Shown piece after piece: positions 7,218 through 16,250 of a stretch of 32,000 bases of DNA (position 1 is the first letter of the stretch; each line of letters begins with the position of its first letter). The stretch comes from Erysipelothrix larvae (GTDB taxonomy: Bacteria > Bacillota_I > Bacilli_A > Erysipelotrichales > Erysipelotrichaceae). The position numbers and the translations under genes are program-made. Below the pieces are notes generated by a model. The model did no database searches and was not told the origin of the DNA. It worked only from the letters and a program-made list of their open reading frames with translations. Location: the NCBI RefSeq assembly GCF_001545095.1, contig NZ_CP013213.1, positions 1,560,001 to 1,592,000 of the forward strand. The letters run 5' to 3'.

Positions 7218-8035
7218 TAGTGATTAAGATACGTTTCTTCAATCTCACAAATCAAGTTCTCAAGGAGCTCACATGCTTGTTGTGGCTTTTCCCCGCTGAT
7301 TGCAATCGCAAGATGAATGCTTCGTTTATAGTTTGTGGGCTTAAGTGGTAATGTCTCAATCAAACTCACTGCATTTTTTTCATTGATGCAATAGGTTTTG
7401 TTGAGTGCAAATACGATTTGATTGAGCGATGAAATTGAACGAACAATATGGGCATTTATATAGTAAGCATCTTCTTTGATGATCGCTTTTTGCGCTAAAT
7501 CTAAAGAAAATCGCGCTTCAAATTGAAACCAATTGATGATGCTTGTTTTAAGTGCCTCTGGATAAACTTCTGCTTGTTTCTTAAGGGATAAAAAATCATT
7601 ATCTCTTGAGAACAGCACATCACAAATTGCAAGTTCACCAACATACATCACATTGAAATAGGCATGGGGATGTCCGGTTTGATAATGAGCGGTAACATGT
7701 CCCATCGAACACTGATTGAGATAGTATTTTACACGGTGTATATCACGCAAAATAAAATCAACAGGTTTCTGGTCGATCGTCATCCATGCACCCCCATTCA
7801 CCCATTTCCCCCACACTCCAGGTTTAGCCAGCAAATCATCTCGATGTTCATCATCTAGGTAAGTTACAATCCGACTAAGATCATCCATATTGAGTGTATC
7901 ATTGTAGTAAATACCAATATCAATATCTGAATCCTCATCATGGGTCTTTTGGGCACGTGACCCACCCAAGACAATTGCTTCGATTCCTTGTATATCCTTC
8001 AGTGATTCAACAATACGCGCCATTATATCATCCAT
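7217..8035 (-). CDS. Pol-beta-superfamily nucleotidyltransferase with a helical C-terminal domain (DUF4037-like)
   Basis: 'LGGSRAQKTHDEDSDIDIGIYY' is the G[GS]-x9-13-DxD NTase motif. The substrate is unknown. AAGGGGGA RBS. The start lies 12 nt after the namA-like stop, so the two are probably co-transcribed. Confidence 0.7.
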   Translation of the reverse strand: MDDIMARIVESLKDIQGIEAIVLGGSRAQKTHDEDSDIDIGIYYNDTLNMDDLSRIVTYLDDEHRDDLLAKPGVWGKWVNGGAWMTIDQKPVDFILRDIHRVKYYLNQCSMGHVTAHYQTGHPHAYFNVMYVGELAICDVLFSRDNDFLSLKKQAEVYPEALKTSIINWFQFEARFSLDLAQKAIIKEDAYYINAHIVRSISSLNQIVFALNKTYCINEKNAVSLIETLPLKPTNYKRSIHLAIAISGEKPQQACELLENLICEIEETYLNH

Positions 8036-8047
8036 ATGTTTTCCCCC

Positions 8048-9064
8048 TTATTTAAATCCGCGTTCATATTGTGGTGGGACACTTTCCCTGATGTTGCGGT
8101 TGATTGCAGTTTCAATCACCCAATGTGGGTTTCTGAGTAGTGGCCGTGCTAGTCCAATAAAATCTACGGTTTCGGATTCAATCAAACACGATGCAAGTTC
8201 TGAACTTCCAAGTAATCCACATCCAATCACTGGAATATTGAGTGCGTGTTTAATTTGATGCGCAAATCCAATTTGATATCCAGGATAGATTTTAGTGGGT
8301 GGAATCGGTGTTATCCCTCCTGAAGAGACATTGATGGCATCAAGCATATCAAGACTTGGCTTCAGCATCCGTATTGTATCTTCAACCTGATAACCGTGTG
8401 GTTCGTAATCTGTGGCGCTCACACGTATGATTAACGGTTTTGTTTCTGGCCAGCTTTCTTTGACAGCCTTTATGACACCGTGGATAAAAAGGTTCCCATC
8501 ACGGTATGCATCCGTTCGCTTATTTGAGCAAGGGCTCATAAATTGAGAGATGAGATAGCCGTGAGCTCCATGTATTTCCAATACATCAAATCCTGCTTCA
8601 TCAGCACGTCGTGCAGCCTCTTTGAACTGATGAAAAACATGTTGTATTTCAGCGAGTGTGAGTTCATGAGGTATGCGACTTGATGCATCATACGCACACG
8701 CACTGGGACCATAAATCGTATCGACACCATCTACAGCCGTGCATTTTCGACCTGCGTGATTAATCTGAATCCCAATCATTGAGCCTTCTTGATGGACTGC
8801 ATCCACTACCTTTTTAAGGGCTTCTTTTTGCGAATCATTGTACAGGCCTAAGCAGCGATCTGTGATTCTTCCTTCAGGGCAAACACCCGTTGCTTCAACA
8901 AGAATGAGTCCAACTTGTCCAATTGCCCGTGATGTATAATGTGCCTGATGAAAGGATGTTGCACATCCATCATGGTTGAAGCATGAATACATGCACATCG
9001 GTTCCATTACAACACGATTTTTTAGTGTTAGATTTTTTAAAGTATGTGGTTCTAATAGTTTCAT
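8048..9064 (-). CDS. namA: NADPH dehydrogenase, Old Yellow Enzyme family (YqjM/NamA type)
   Basis: 338 aa. 'NRVVMEPMCMY', 'HQAHYTSRA' and 'EIHGAHGYLISQFMSP' are typical of the YqjM class of FMN-dependent ene-reductases. AAGGAG RBS. Confidence 0.85.
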   Translation of the reverse strand: MKLLEPHTLKNLTLKNRVVMEPMCMYSCFNHDGCATSFHQAHYTSRAIGQVGLILVEATGVCPEGRITDRCLGLYNDSQKEALKKVVDAVHQEGSMIGIQINHAGRKCTAVDGVDTIYGPSACAYDASSRIPHELTLAEIQHVFHQFKEAARRADEAGFDVLEIHGAHGYLISQFMSPCSNKRTDAYRDGNLFIHGVIKAVKESWPETKPLIIRVSATDYEPHGYQVEDTIRMLKPSLDMLDAINVSSGGITPIPPTKIYPGYQIGFAHQIKHALNIPVIGCGLLGSSELASCLIESETVDFIGLARPLLRNPHWVIETAINRNIRESVPPQYERGFK

Positions 9065-9240
9065 AAAGCGCTCCTTTATATAATCTAATTATACACTAGA
9101 AATTTGTGAAGATTGTATGTATAAAATCTTTTTTTGAGCATTAGATTTTCTTTTATTTAGAAAATCACTTATTATAGGGTTGAGGATGGTATGAGTCAAA
9201 CGAGCATACCCAAATGTACAAACCAACTCGATGAAAAAAA

Positions 9241-9268
9241 AGCACTATTGCCCCCCCTGGATAGTGCT
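9241..9268 (-). terminator. Terminator of the DtxR-family regulator gene; the stem overlaps its last codons
   Basis: AGCACTAT/ATAGTGCT stem with a 12-nt loop, A-run (9234-9240) and T-run (9269-9273). On the minus strand the hairpin is followed by a U-run. Confidence 0.6.
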
Positions 9269-9922
9269 TTTTTCATGTGCTTCAACAAAAATCATCAATG
9301 CAAGATTAAAGTTAATATACTTTTGTTCATTTCCTTTACGAAAGAATATAATCCCGTTGATTTGATCAAACTTATCAATCGTGATTTCATCGCCAATGTT
9401 TAGATTCGATTCATGAAGATGATGAATGACATTTTGATTATCTGTGATGCGTTTAATCACAACACTCGCATGCTCTTCATAATCTAAAAGCGTTTTATTT
9501 TGTGTTTCACGATAGTGAGTTGTATTTGGAATAATACCACCATGTGGGCAATTTGCAGGATAGTCAAGGAATTGTTCCAGGCGATCAAAGAACTTATCAC
9601 TTTCAATATGTTCAAGTAACTCCGCATCCCGGTCTACTTCCTCCAAAGAATACCCCAATACACTATAAAGGAAACTTTCTGAAAGTCTGTGTTTACGTAA
9701 CACATCAATTGCAATATCTCGACCCTTCTTTGTCAGCATGGCCCCTTTATAGGCTACATAATCAACCATTCCCTCTTTTTCAAGTTTGTGGAGCATGTCT
9801 GAAACAGACGGTGCGGATACATTGAGTTCTTGTGCGATGCGTTTATTGGAAACATAGGAATCGTAACCATTAAATTCAAATATTATCTTGAGATAATCTT
9901 CTCTTCCTGAAGACGGTTTCAT
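9245..9922 (-). CDS. DtxR/MntR-family metal-dependent transcriptional regulator with a C-terminal FeoA/SH3-like domain (SloR/ScaR/PsaR-like)
   Basis: N-terminal winged HTH 'EDYLKIIFEF...RIAQELNVSAPSVSDMLHKLEKEGMV', a dimerisation/metal-binding domain, and a C-terminal beta domain. It is divergent from a Mn-type ABC importer. Confidence 0.85.
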   Translation of the reverse strand: MKPSSGREDYLKIIFEFNGYDSYVSNKRIAQELNVSAPSVSDMLHKLEKEGMVDYVAYKGAMLTKKGRDIAIDVLRKHRLSESFLYSVLGYSLEEVDRDAELLEHIESDKFFDRLEQFLDYPANCPHGGIIPNTTHYRETQNKTLLDYEEHASVVIKRITDNQNVIHHLHESNLNIGDEITIDKFDQINGIIFFRKGNEQKYINFNLALMIFVEAHEKSTIQGGQ

Positions 9923-9947
9923 AAATTACAACTCCTTTCTTTGTTCC

Positions 9948-9976
9948 ATCTTACCACATCCCATCGACTTAAACAA
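9948..9976 (-). promoter_or_regulatory. Candidate promoter of the regulator gene (-35 TTGTTT, 17-nt spacer, extended -10 TGGTAAGAT)
   Basis: Hexamers read on the minus strand: complement of 9971-9976 and of 9948-9953. Confidence 0.35.
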
Positions 9977-9979
9977 TAT

Positions 9980-9995
9980 TTTAGACACGTCTAAA
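9980..9995. promoter_or_regulatory. Palindromic candidate metalloregulator operator TTTAGAC-AC-GTCTAAA
   Basis: 7+2+7 inverted repeat in an AT-rich context. It lies between the two divergent -35 boxes, 3 nt from one and 6 nt from the other. Confidence 0.5.
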
Positions 9996-10001
9996 TTTTT
10001 C

Positions 10002-10030
10002 TTGATACGCGCATAAATTTGTGGTATTGT
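10002..10030 (+). promoter_or_regulatory. Candidate promoter of the metal ABC operon (-35 TTGATA, 17-nt spacer, extended -10 TGGTATTGT)
   Basis: Hexamers at 10002-10007 and 10025-10030, about 25 nt upstream of the RBS/ATG at 10055. Confidence 0.5.
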
Positions 10031-10054
10031 ATGTATGAAAAGGGAGAGATATTT

Positions 10055-10795
10055 ATGATTGACATTAAGAATTTAGAAGTCGATTACTTCGGCAAAATAG
10101 CAATTGAAGGCGTCAATCTCTCCATTCCTTTTGGTTATAGCATTGGTATAATCGGTCCGAATGGAGCAGGTAAAAGCACCTTGATGAAATCGATGTTGGG
10201 TGTCATTGATAAAAAGAGTGGAACGGTCCTCTACAATAACACAGACATAAAACAGAAACTAAGAAAGATTGCTTATGTACCTCAAAAGACAGATGTGGAT
10301 CTAACATTCCCTATCACTGTTTTTGACGCAATACTCACAGGTACTTATCCAAATGTACCCTTATTTAAAAGACCGGGTAAAAAAGAAAGAGACACTGCGA
10401 AACAAGCAATGGATCTTGTGCAAATATCCGACTTAAGAGATAAGCAAATCAGCAATCTATCTGGGGGCCAACTTCAAAGAGTCTTCATCGCACGTGCTTT
10501 AGCACAAAATCCAGATGTATTCTTTCTAGATGAGCCATTTTCAGGGATTGACTTAGTGAGCGAGCAGATCATCATTGATTTACTCAGGGATTTAGAAAAA
10601 GATGGAAAAACGATTCTTGTAGTTCATCATGATTTACATGCAGTTGAGTCATATTTCGATAAATTGATAATACTGAATAAAGAACTAATCGCCTTTGGTG
10701 ATGTCCAAGATGTCTTCACTACAGAAAACATTAAGAAAGCTTATGGACAATCACTGGGAAATATTGAAGTTAAGGGATTGGGGGCAGTGTTATGA
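10055..10795 (+). CDS. Metal (Mn/Fe-type) ABC transporter ATP-binding protein (PsaB/SloA/MntB-like)
   Basis: Walker A GPNGAGKST, signature LSGGQLQR and Walker B VFFLDEP. Start moved to ATG 10055 (MIDIKNLEV...), preceded by AGGGAGAG. The N-terminal extension in the track ORF overlaps the promoter. Confidence 0.9.
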   Translation: MIDIKNLEVDYFGKIAIEGVNLSIPFGYSIGIIGPNGAGKSTLMKSMLGVIDKKSGTVLYNNTDIKQKLRKIAYVPQKTDVDLTFPITVFDAILTGTYPNVPLFKRPGKKERDTAKQAMDLVQISDLRDKQISNLSGGQLQRVFIARALAQNPDVFFLDEPFSGIDLVSEQIIIDLLRDLEKDGKTILVVHHDLHAVESYFDKLIILNKELIAFGDVQDVFTTENIKKAYGQSLGNIEVKGLGAVL

Positions 10796-11628
10796 GTTGG
10801 TTATCGGAAGTGACGAATATGCCAACATTTATGTTGAATGCAGGCGTTGCGTCAATTATCTTAGGTGTTGTTTCTGGGATTATTGGAACCTTTATCATTC
10901 TTAGAAAAATGGCGTTGATGGGTGACGCCCTATCACATGCCGTATTGCCAGGTGTGGCAATTTCATACATGCTTGGAATCAATATGCTCTTTGGTGCATC
11001 ACTGTTTGGATTGCTTGCGGCAGTTCTCATTCAGTTTATCTCTGAAAAAAGTACACTAAAAGGCGATACTTCCATCGGTATTATCTTAAGTACATTCTTT
11101 GCACTGGGCATCATCTTGATATCAAGTGCACAAAGTGGCATCGATTTAAATCATGTCCTCTTTGGAAATATATTAGCGGTCTCAGCACCACAACTTAAAC
11201 AATCATTTTGGGTGATGGTTGCGGTAATTGTGATTGTGTCCCTTTTCTACAAGGAACTCTTAATCAGTACCTTTGATCCTACTGTATCAAAAGCATATGG
11301 TTTAAACACAACGTTTTACCACTACCTCTTGATGCTTATGCTTTCGATTGTGACAGTATCGTCTTTATCACAAGTCGGAATTGTACTTGTTATTGCTATG
11401 TTGGTTATTCCAGCTGCAAGTGCTTATCTTTGGACCAATAAACTGCATCATATGATGATTCTTGCATCCATTGTTGGTGCAATCTCAGGCATTGTTGGAA
11501 CCTTAATAAGCTTTGAATACAATCTTCCAACGAGTGCCACGATTGTCCTTGTCGGTTCAGGCGTATTTTTGATTTCATTTATTTTTTCACCCAAGAACAA
11601 TTTCATAAAGAGAGGAAAAACAGCATGA
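10792..11628 (+). CDS. Metal ABC transporter permease (ABC-3 family; PsaC/MntC-like)
   Basis: 278 aa with about 8 TM helices. Its start overlaps the upstream stop and its stop overlaps the downstream start by 4 nt each. 'GDALSHAVLPGVA' is the ABC-3 family motif. Confidence 0.9.
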   Translation: MSWLSEVTNMPTFMLNAGVASIILGVVSGIIGTFIILRKMALMGDALSHAVLPGVAISYMLGINMLFGASLFGLLAAVLIQFISEKSTLKGDTSIGIILSTFFALGIILISSAQSGIDLNHVLFGNILAVSAPQLKQSFWVMVAVIVIVSLFYKELLISTFDPTVSKAYGLNTTFYHYLLMLMLSIVTVSSLSQVGIVLVIAMLVIPAASAYLWTNKLHHMMILASIVGAISGIVGTLISFEYNLPTSATIVLVGSGVFLISFIFSPKNNFIKRGKTA

Positions 11629-12536
11629 AAAAAATGTTCGCTTTTATGATCGCTACCTTGCTTCTTGTGACCGGGTGTAATTCCCAAACAAGCAAAGTAG
11701 ATGATGGAAAACTTCATATCGTGGCAACCTATTCAATTATTGCGGATATGGTTGAGAACATCACAAAAGATAAAGCAGTTGTAAATAGTATGGTACCAAT
11801 TGGGAGTGATCCACACTCCTATGAACCACTTCCAAGTGATTCACAAAATATATCCGACGCAGATTTAATCTTCTATAACGGATTCAATCTTGAAACAGGT
11901 AAAGGGTGGTTTCAAAACCTCTTGGATACCACAAATAAAAATGATGTTGCCTTTGCGGTAACTGAAAATGTTGAACCAATTCACTTAGCTGAAAAAGGTA
12001 AGGAAACTGAGATTGATCCTCATGCATGGTTGAATGTTAAAAACGGGATTAAATATGTTGAATTGATTGCAGATAAAATTATCGCTGCAGATCCAGACAA
12101 CAAAGCATTCTACGAAACAAATCGTGACGCTTATATCAAGGAACTGAAAGACCTTGATACATACATTCAGGATAAAGTAGATGCAATTCCTGTTGAACAA
12201 CGTATCTTAGTAACCAGTGAAGGTGCGTTTAAGTACTTCTCAAAAGCATATGGGTTTGATGCTCAGTACATTTGGGAAATCAATACCGATAACCAAGGAA
12301 CACCGGATCAAATGAAACGCGTCCTTGATATTATCAATACGAAAGATGTGAAAGCACTTTTCTTGGAAACAAGTATTAATCCTTCAACAATGGAAACAAT
12401 CTCTACGGAGACTGGTGTTCCAATTCATTCGAAGATCTTCACCGACTCATTGGCAGCAAAAGGCAATGATGGTGATACATATATTACAATGATGCAATGG
12501 AATATCAACCATATTGCAGAAGGATTGACGAAATAG
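11625..12536 (+). CDS. Metal ABC transporter substrate-binding lipoprotein (cluster A-I; PsaA/MntA-like, probably Mn)
   Basis: Lipobox LLLVTGC. Candidate ligand contexts are SDPHSYEP (His), IDPHAWLN (His), LVTSEGAF (Glu) and IFTDSLA (Asp), giving His-His-Glu-Asp as in PsaA-type Mn binders. There is no His-rich Zn loop. Confidence 0.85.
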   Translation: MKKMFAFMIATLLLVTGCNSQTSKVDDGKLHIVATYSIIADMVENITKDKAVVNSMVPIGSDPHSYEPLPSDSQNISDADLIFYNGFNLETGKGWFQNLLDTTNKNDVAFAVTENVEPIHLAEKGKETEIDPHAWLNVKNGIKYVELIADKIIAADPDNKAFYETNRDAYIKELKDLDTYIQDKVDAIPVEQRILVTSEGAFKYFSKAYGFDAQYIWEINTDNQGTPDQMKRVLDIINTKDVKALFLETSINPSTMETISTETGVPIHSKIFTDSLAAKGNDGDTYITMMQWNINHIAEGLTK

Positions 12537-12556
12537 CCTAAAATAGTTTTGCCTCA

Positions 12557-12587
12557 AAAGGCAGATGGCGCACATCCATCTGCCTTT
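12557..12587 (+). terminator. Terminator of the metal ABC operon
   Basis: AAAGGCAGATGG-(7 nt)-CCATCTGCCTTT, a perfect 12-bp stem 21 nt after the stop. The T tract is weak. Confidence 0.6.
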
Positions 12588-12607
12588 ACATTTTGTATTT
12601 GCACATA

Positions 12608-12644
12608 AAAAGACAAGCACACTTGAATTAACTGCTTGTCTTTT
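12608..12644 (-). terminator. Terminator of nagA (bidirectional hairpin)
   Basis: AAAAGACAAGC-(15 nt)-GCTTGTCTTTT, an 11-bp stem with U-runs on both strands, 7 nt after the nagA stop. Confidence 0.7.
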
Positions 12645-12650
12645 ATCATT

Positions 12651-13808
12651 TTAGTCTTTGGTATATGCTACGACACCACGACAAATTGTTGTTTGAATGT
12701 TGATGTCTTCATCAGTGATTACGATATCCGCATCTTTACCCACTGCGATGCTTCCCTTGCGTCCAAACACACCCAGTTGTTTCGCAGAGTTTGTAGACGA
12801 CATTTTAATAAGGGATTGCATTGAACAACCTGTGAAGTTCTTTAGGTTTCTAACCACAAAGTCCATCTCAGCAACTGACCCAGCAAGTGATCCTGTGTCG
12901 ATACGACATTCTTTGCCAATCTTCGATACCATTTGTCCACCAAGATCATATTCTCCATCAGGAAGCCCTTTTGCTCTCATCGCATCGGTTATTCCAATGA
13001 TGCCATCTTCTCCTTTAATGGTGAATGTAGCTTTCACTGAATCGGGATGAATGTGAATTCCATCCACAATCATTTCTGCTTTCAATTGTGGGTTCACAAA
13101 TCCAGCAGTTACTGCTCCAGGATTACGGTGATGATGAGGGGTCATTGCATTATGGAAATGGGTAAGATTTGATAGCCCTTCTTTACATGCATCCATAATT
13201 TGTCCATAGTAGGAATCTGTATGTCCTGCAGATGCAACAACGCCTTTTGACGTAATATAATCAATAAATCCAGGTTCTGCTTCTTCGGGTGCAAAGGTAA
13301 TTAATTTAATGCGTCCATCCGATTTTTCCCAATAATGATTAAAGTTTTCACGCGTTGGTTTTTGAATGAATTTTGGATTTTGAGCTCCAACATGTTTTGC
13401 GGAGATGAACGGACCTTCTAGATGCATTCCTAGCATCTCAGCTTCACCTGGTTTATTGTGATGATCCATGTACTCAACAATTGAACTTAATGCAATGTCA
13501 ACGGCTTCTTGAGATTGCGTCATCGTTGTAGGTAGATACGATGTTGTCCCTTCTTTTGGTATAAAATTAACAATCGTATGCAATGCTTCAAGGGTTCCAT
13601 CCATATGATCTGAGCCATAAGCTCCATGAATGTGTTGATCGATAAATCCAGGAATTACAGCATTCCCTTTTGCATCAATGACCTGATCATCATTCAGATC
13701 ACAAAACTCCATGGATCCAAAGCCAACAATTTTGTCGCCGGCAATTCGGACATACCCATTTTCAATCACACGATTTTCTAAATAAACTGTTCCATTAATA
13801 ATTAACAT
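12651..13808 (-). CDS. nagA: N-acetylglucosamine/N-acetylgalactosamine-6-phosphate deacetylase
   Basis: Amidohydrolase fold with 'GFIDQHIHG', 'HLEGPFIS', 'AGHTD' and 'THFHNAM' motifs as in NagA/AgaA. Start set at ATG 13808 (MLIINGTVY...), preceded by GGAGGAAACG. The track ORF is 13 codons longer. Confidence 0.9.
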   Translation of the reverse strand: MLIINGTVYLENRVIENGYVRIAGDKIVGFGSMEFCDLNDDQVIDAKGNAVIPGFIDQHIHGAYGSDHMDGTLEALHTIVNFIPKEGTTSYLPTTMTQSQEAVDIALSSIVEYMDHHNKPGEAEMLGMHLEGPFISAKHVGAQNPKFIQKPTRENFNHYWEKSDGRIKLITFAPEEAEPGFIDYITSKGVVASAGHTDSYYGQIMDACKEGLSNLTHFHNAMTPHHHRNPGAVTAGFVNPQLKAEMIVDGIHIHPDSVKATFTIKGEDGIIGITDAMRAKGLPDGEYDLGGQMVSKIGKECRIDTGSLAGSVAEMDFVVRNLKNFTGCSMQSLIKMSSTNSAKQLGVFGRKGSIAVGKDADIVITDEDINIQTTICRGVVAYTKD

Positions 13809-13974
13809 AACGTTTCCTCCTATGTCTATTATATGCTTTTCTGACACATTTGTGTAAAATGAATTGAGATAATTATTTCATTTTTCAACAATCAAAACTT
13901 AATCCTTGAATTCAATTTGCATTTGATGGTAAATTATGCAAAAATACTAGAGGAATTAATGAAAGAAGGACTGT

Positions 13975-14685
13975 ATGATTAACGTTGTTTTTGATCTTGA
14001 TGACACACTGTACTCGCTCTTACCCGTATTTGAGAAAACACTGCACCTGTTTATGCCTGAGCATACTTTAGATGTTCATGATTTTTATATCGCATTTAGA
14101 GAAGAAGCAAATAAGCTCTTTACGGATAGTCAAACAGGTAAAATCTCCATGGAAACCTTACATCGCTTACGTGCTCAAAATGCATTTAAACGCTATGGGA
14201 TTGTTTTAGATGACCAACAAGCCGATACTTTCCATGCAATCTATGATTCATACAAAGAAAACATAGCCTTGAGTGATGAAGCAATTGACATCATCCACTT
14301 GATGGATCAATATGGATTCAAAACGGGAATTATTACAAACGGAACATCACAAAAACAAAGAAAAACAATGCGATGTTTAGATATCACGCGATACTTTACT
14401 GATGACAATCTTATTATTGTATCTGGAGAACTTGGCATTGACAAACCCGACCATCGCATTTTTGATGCATGGACAGACCGCATTCAAAATACATCCCCTT
14501 CCCTTTATGTTGGTGATTCATTTACACATGATATCATCGGTGCATATCAGGCTGGATGGACACCCATTTGGTATAATCCACTTAACAAACATCACCCTGA
14601 AGTTGATTTTGAATTCATTGAAATCAAGTCACTGAGCGAACTTAAAACACTACCAATCATTACAGATAACGCAAACAGTAAGTAG
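13975..14685 (+). CDS. HAD-superfamily (subfamily IA-like) hydrolase/phosphatase
   Basis: Motif I 'VVFDLDDTLY', motif II 'GIITNG', and a motif III/IV region 'K...YVGDSFTHDIIGA'. The substrate is unknown. Confidence 0.8.
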   Translation: MINVVFDLDDTLYSLLPVFEKTLHLFMPEHTLDVHDFYIAFREEANKLFTDSQTGKISMETLHRLRAQNAFKRYGIVLDDQQADTFHAIYDSYKENIALSDEAIDIIHLMDQYGFKTGIITNGTSQKQRKTMRCLDITRYFTDDNLIIVSGELGIDKPDHRIFDAWTDRIQNTSPSLYVGDSFTHDIIGAYQAGWTPIWYNPLNKHHPEVDFEFIEIKSLSELKTLPIITDNANSK

Positions 14686-14717
14686 CATCTTGCACAAATT
14701 ACTGTTTTTTTTAATCT

Positions 14718-14735
14718 GTTTGTCGAAAAGTACAA
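14718..14735. promoter_or_regulatory. Conserved 'aga box' GTTTGTCGAAAAGTACAA upstream of the AgaZ-family gene
   Basis: 16/18 identical to 18590-18607. Related to the reverse complement of 18561-18578 and to 21863-21878. Lies 68-85 nt upstream of the ATG at 14803. Confidence 0.5.
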
Positions 14736-14802
14736 CCAGGTAACCACCTTCCCTAAATACCTTCATGATTGCGTTTTCTATAATATACATGAGGTGATAT
14801 AA

Positions 14803-16098
14803 ATGAGTGAAAATATACTTTTGAAATTAACGAATAAACACCCTGTCGGTGTCTATTCTGTATGTACGGCAAGCGGTCCTGTCATTAAAGCTTCTTTAGA
14901 ATTCGCGAAAGAAAATGGGTCGATTCTTGTTGTTGAAGCAACTGCAAATCAAGTCAATCAATTTGGGGGTTATACAAACATGACACCTTCAGATTATCGT
15001 GAATTTGTATACGATATTGCACACGACGTTGGTTTTGATCCATCGAGGATTGTATTAGGGGGTGACCACCTTGGTCCTTTGACCTGGACCGATAAAGATG
15101 AGGCTGAAGCCATGGCCCTTGCATCGACACTTGTCTATGAATATGCAAAAGCGGGGTATACAAAAATCCATCTTGATACATCAATGAAAGTTGCATCTGA
15201 TTCAGCATCAGAACCCCTCTCAAATACAATCATTGCACAGCGTTCTTGTGAACTCGCAAAAGCTGCGCTTCGTGGCTATAATGCCCTTAAAGAATCCAAC
15301 CCAGACGCAGTATTCCCTGTATTTATAATTGGCAGTGAAGTACCGATTCCAGGTGGTGCACAAGAAGCGGAAGAATCGCTTGCAGTCACCACTGTTGAAG
15401 ATTTTATGACGACCTACTTAGTATTCAAAGATGTTTATCAGAAAGAAAATATGATGAAAGTCTTCAATCACGTGATCGCGATTGTTGTGCAGCCTGGCGT
15501 CGAATTTGGCGATTCTGATTTGTTTATTTATCAACGCGAAAATGCTAAGAAACTCACTACAGCACTTAAAGAAAACTTTGAAACATTAAATTTTGAAGGC
15601 CACTCCACAGACTACCAAACACCGTCTGCTTTACGTGAAATGGTTGAAGATGGCATTACGATCTTGAAAGTTGGACCGGCTTTAACCTTCGCTTATCGTG
15701 AAGTATTGTTTGCATTATCAGAGATTGAACGGATTCTATTTAGTACCCCTTCACACCTCCCAGATGTACTTGAAAAAGCAATGCTTGATAATCCTAAGAA
15801 TTGGGAAAAGCATTATCATGGAAATACCCATGAGCTTGCATTCAAACGTAAATACAGCTATTCAGATCGTGCACGGTACTATTTACCAGTTCCTGAAGTG
15901 GATACTGCAATTCAAACACTGATTCACAATCTTGAATCGATTGATATTCCTGAAACCTTGTTATCGCAATACCTGCCATATCAATACCGTCATGTAAAGG
16001 ATGGGCTTATTACAAAACATCCCCATGATTTAATCTCCGATTACATTAAGTTGTATTTAGCGGATTATGAATACGCAACACAGAGTGCAAAACTCTAA
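14803..16098 (+). CDS. agaZ: GatZ/KbaZ/AgaZ-family protein (class II tagatose-bisphosphate aldolase non-catalytic subunit / tagatose-6-phosphate 4-epimerase family)
   Basis: Recalled E. coli GatZ blocks are present along the whole length: EATANQVNQFGGYTNMTPSDYREFV, GGDHLGP, KIHLDTSM, GSEVPIPGG, IAIVVQPGVEF, HSTDYQT, ILKVGPALTFA, YSYSDRARYY and SQYLP. Confidence 0.9.
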   Translation: MSENILLKLTNKHPVGVYSVCTASGPVIKASLEFAKENGSILVVEATANQVNQFGGYTNMTPSDYREFVYDIAHDVGFDPSRIVLGGDHLGPLTWTDKDEAEAMALASTLVYEYAKAGYTKIHLDTSMKVASDSASEPLSNTIIAQRSCELAKAALRGYNALKESNPDAVFPVFIIGSEVPIPGGAQEAEESLAVTTVEDFMTTYLVFKDVYQKENMMKVFNHVIAIVVQPGVEFGDSDLFIYQRENAKKLTTALKENFETLNFEGHSTDYQTPSALREMVEDGITILKVGPALTFAYREVLFALSEIERILFSTPSHLPDVLEKAMLDNPKNWEKHYHGNTHELAFKRKYSYSDRARYYLPVPEVDTAIQTLIHNLESIDIPETLLSQYLPYQYRHVKDGLITKHPHDLISDYIKLYLADYEYATQSAKL

Positions 16099-16122
16099 GA
16101 ACAGGATTTCCTGTTCTTTTTT
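16098..16122 (+). terminator. Terminator of the AgaZ-family gene
   Basis: AGAACAGG-ATTT-CCTGTTCT followed by TTTTT, overlapping the stop codon. Confidence 0.75.
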
Positions 16123-16195
16123 ACGAAGAAAAGTGATCATACGAATCGTTTGATTTGATGATCACTTTAATGTTTATTTACCTAGACAGTTGCAC

Positions 16196-16220
16196 AAAAG
16201 AGTCAGACTCTGACTCCTTT
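16196..16220 (-). terminator. Terminator of the PTS IIB-IIC-IID operon
   Basis: GAGTCAG-ACT-CTGACTC stem extended by A/T pairs, with a U-rich tail on the minus strand. Lies 31 nt after the IID stop. Confidence 0.6.
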
Positions 16221-16250
16221 GTTTGCTGGCTAAGCTATAGGAATTTATAT

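Noticed and set aside
7217-8035. Nucleotidyltransferase considered as part of a CBASS, MNT-HEPN toxin-antitoxin or other defence module.
   Set aside because: There is no adjacent HEPN, effector, cyclase-type or nuclease partner. The protein is 272 aa with a fused helical domain, and its neighbour is a metabolic OYE reductase.
9191-9403. 70-aa plus-strand ORF between namA and the DtxR-family gene.
   Set aside because: It overlaps the 3' end of the regulator gene and runs through its terminator hairpin. It has no RBS.
14779-14784. Perfect TATAAT 18 nt upstream of the agaZ ATG, and a similar TATAAT close to the agaS RBS (about 21825).
   Set aside because: A start site 7 nt downstream would fall on or after the Shine-Dalgarno sequence. 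TATAAT is frequent by chance in AT-rich DNA, so these are not called as promoters.
16130-16168. An 11-bp perfect hairpin, AAAGTGATCAT-(17 nt)-ATGATCACTTT, between the two convergent terminators. It was considered as an sRNA or a REP-like element.
   Set aside because: There is a single copy in the window, with no promoter or U-tract. It is probably an auxiliary terminator structure in a convergent intergenic region and is not distinctive enough to call.
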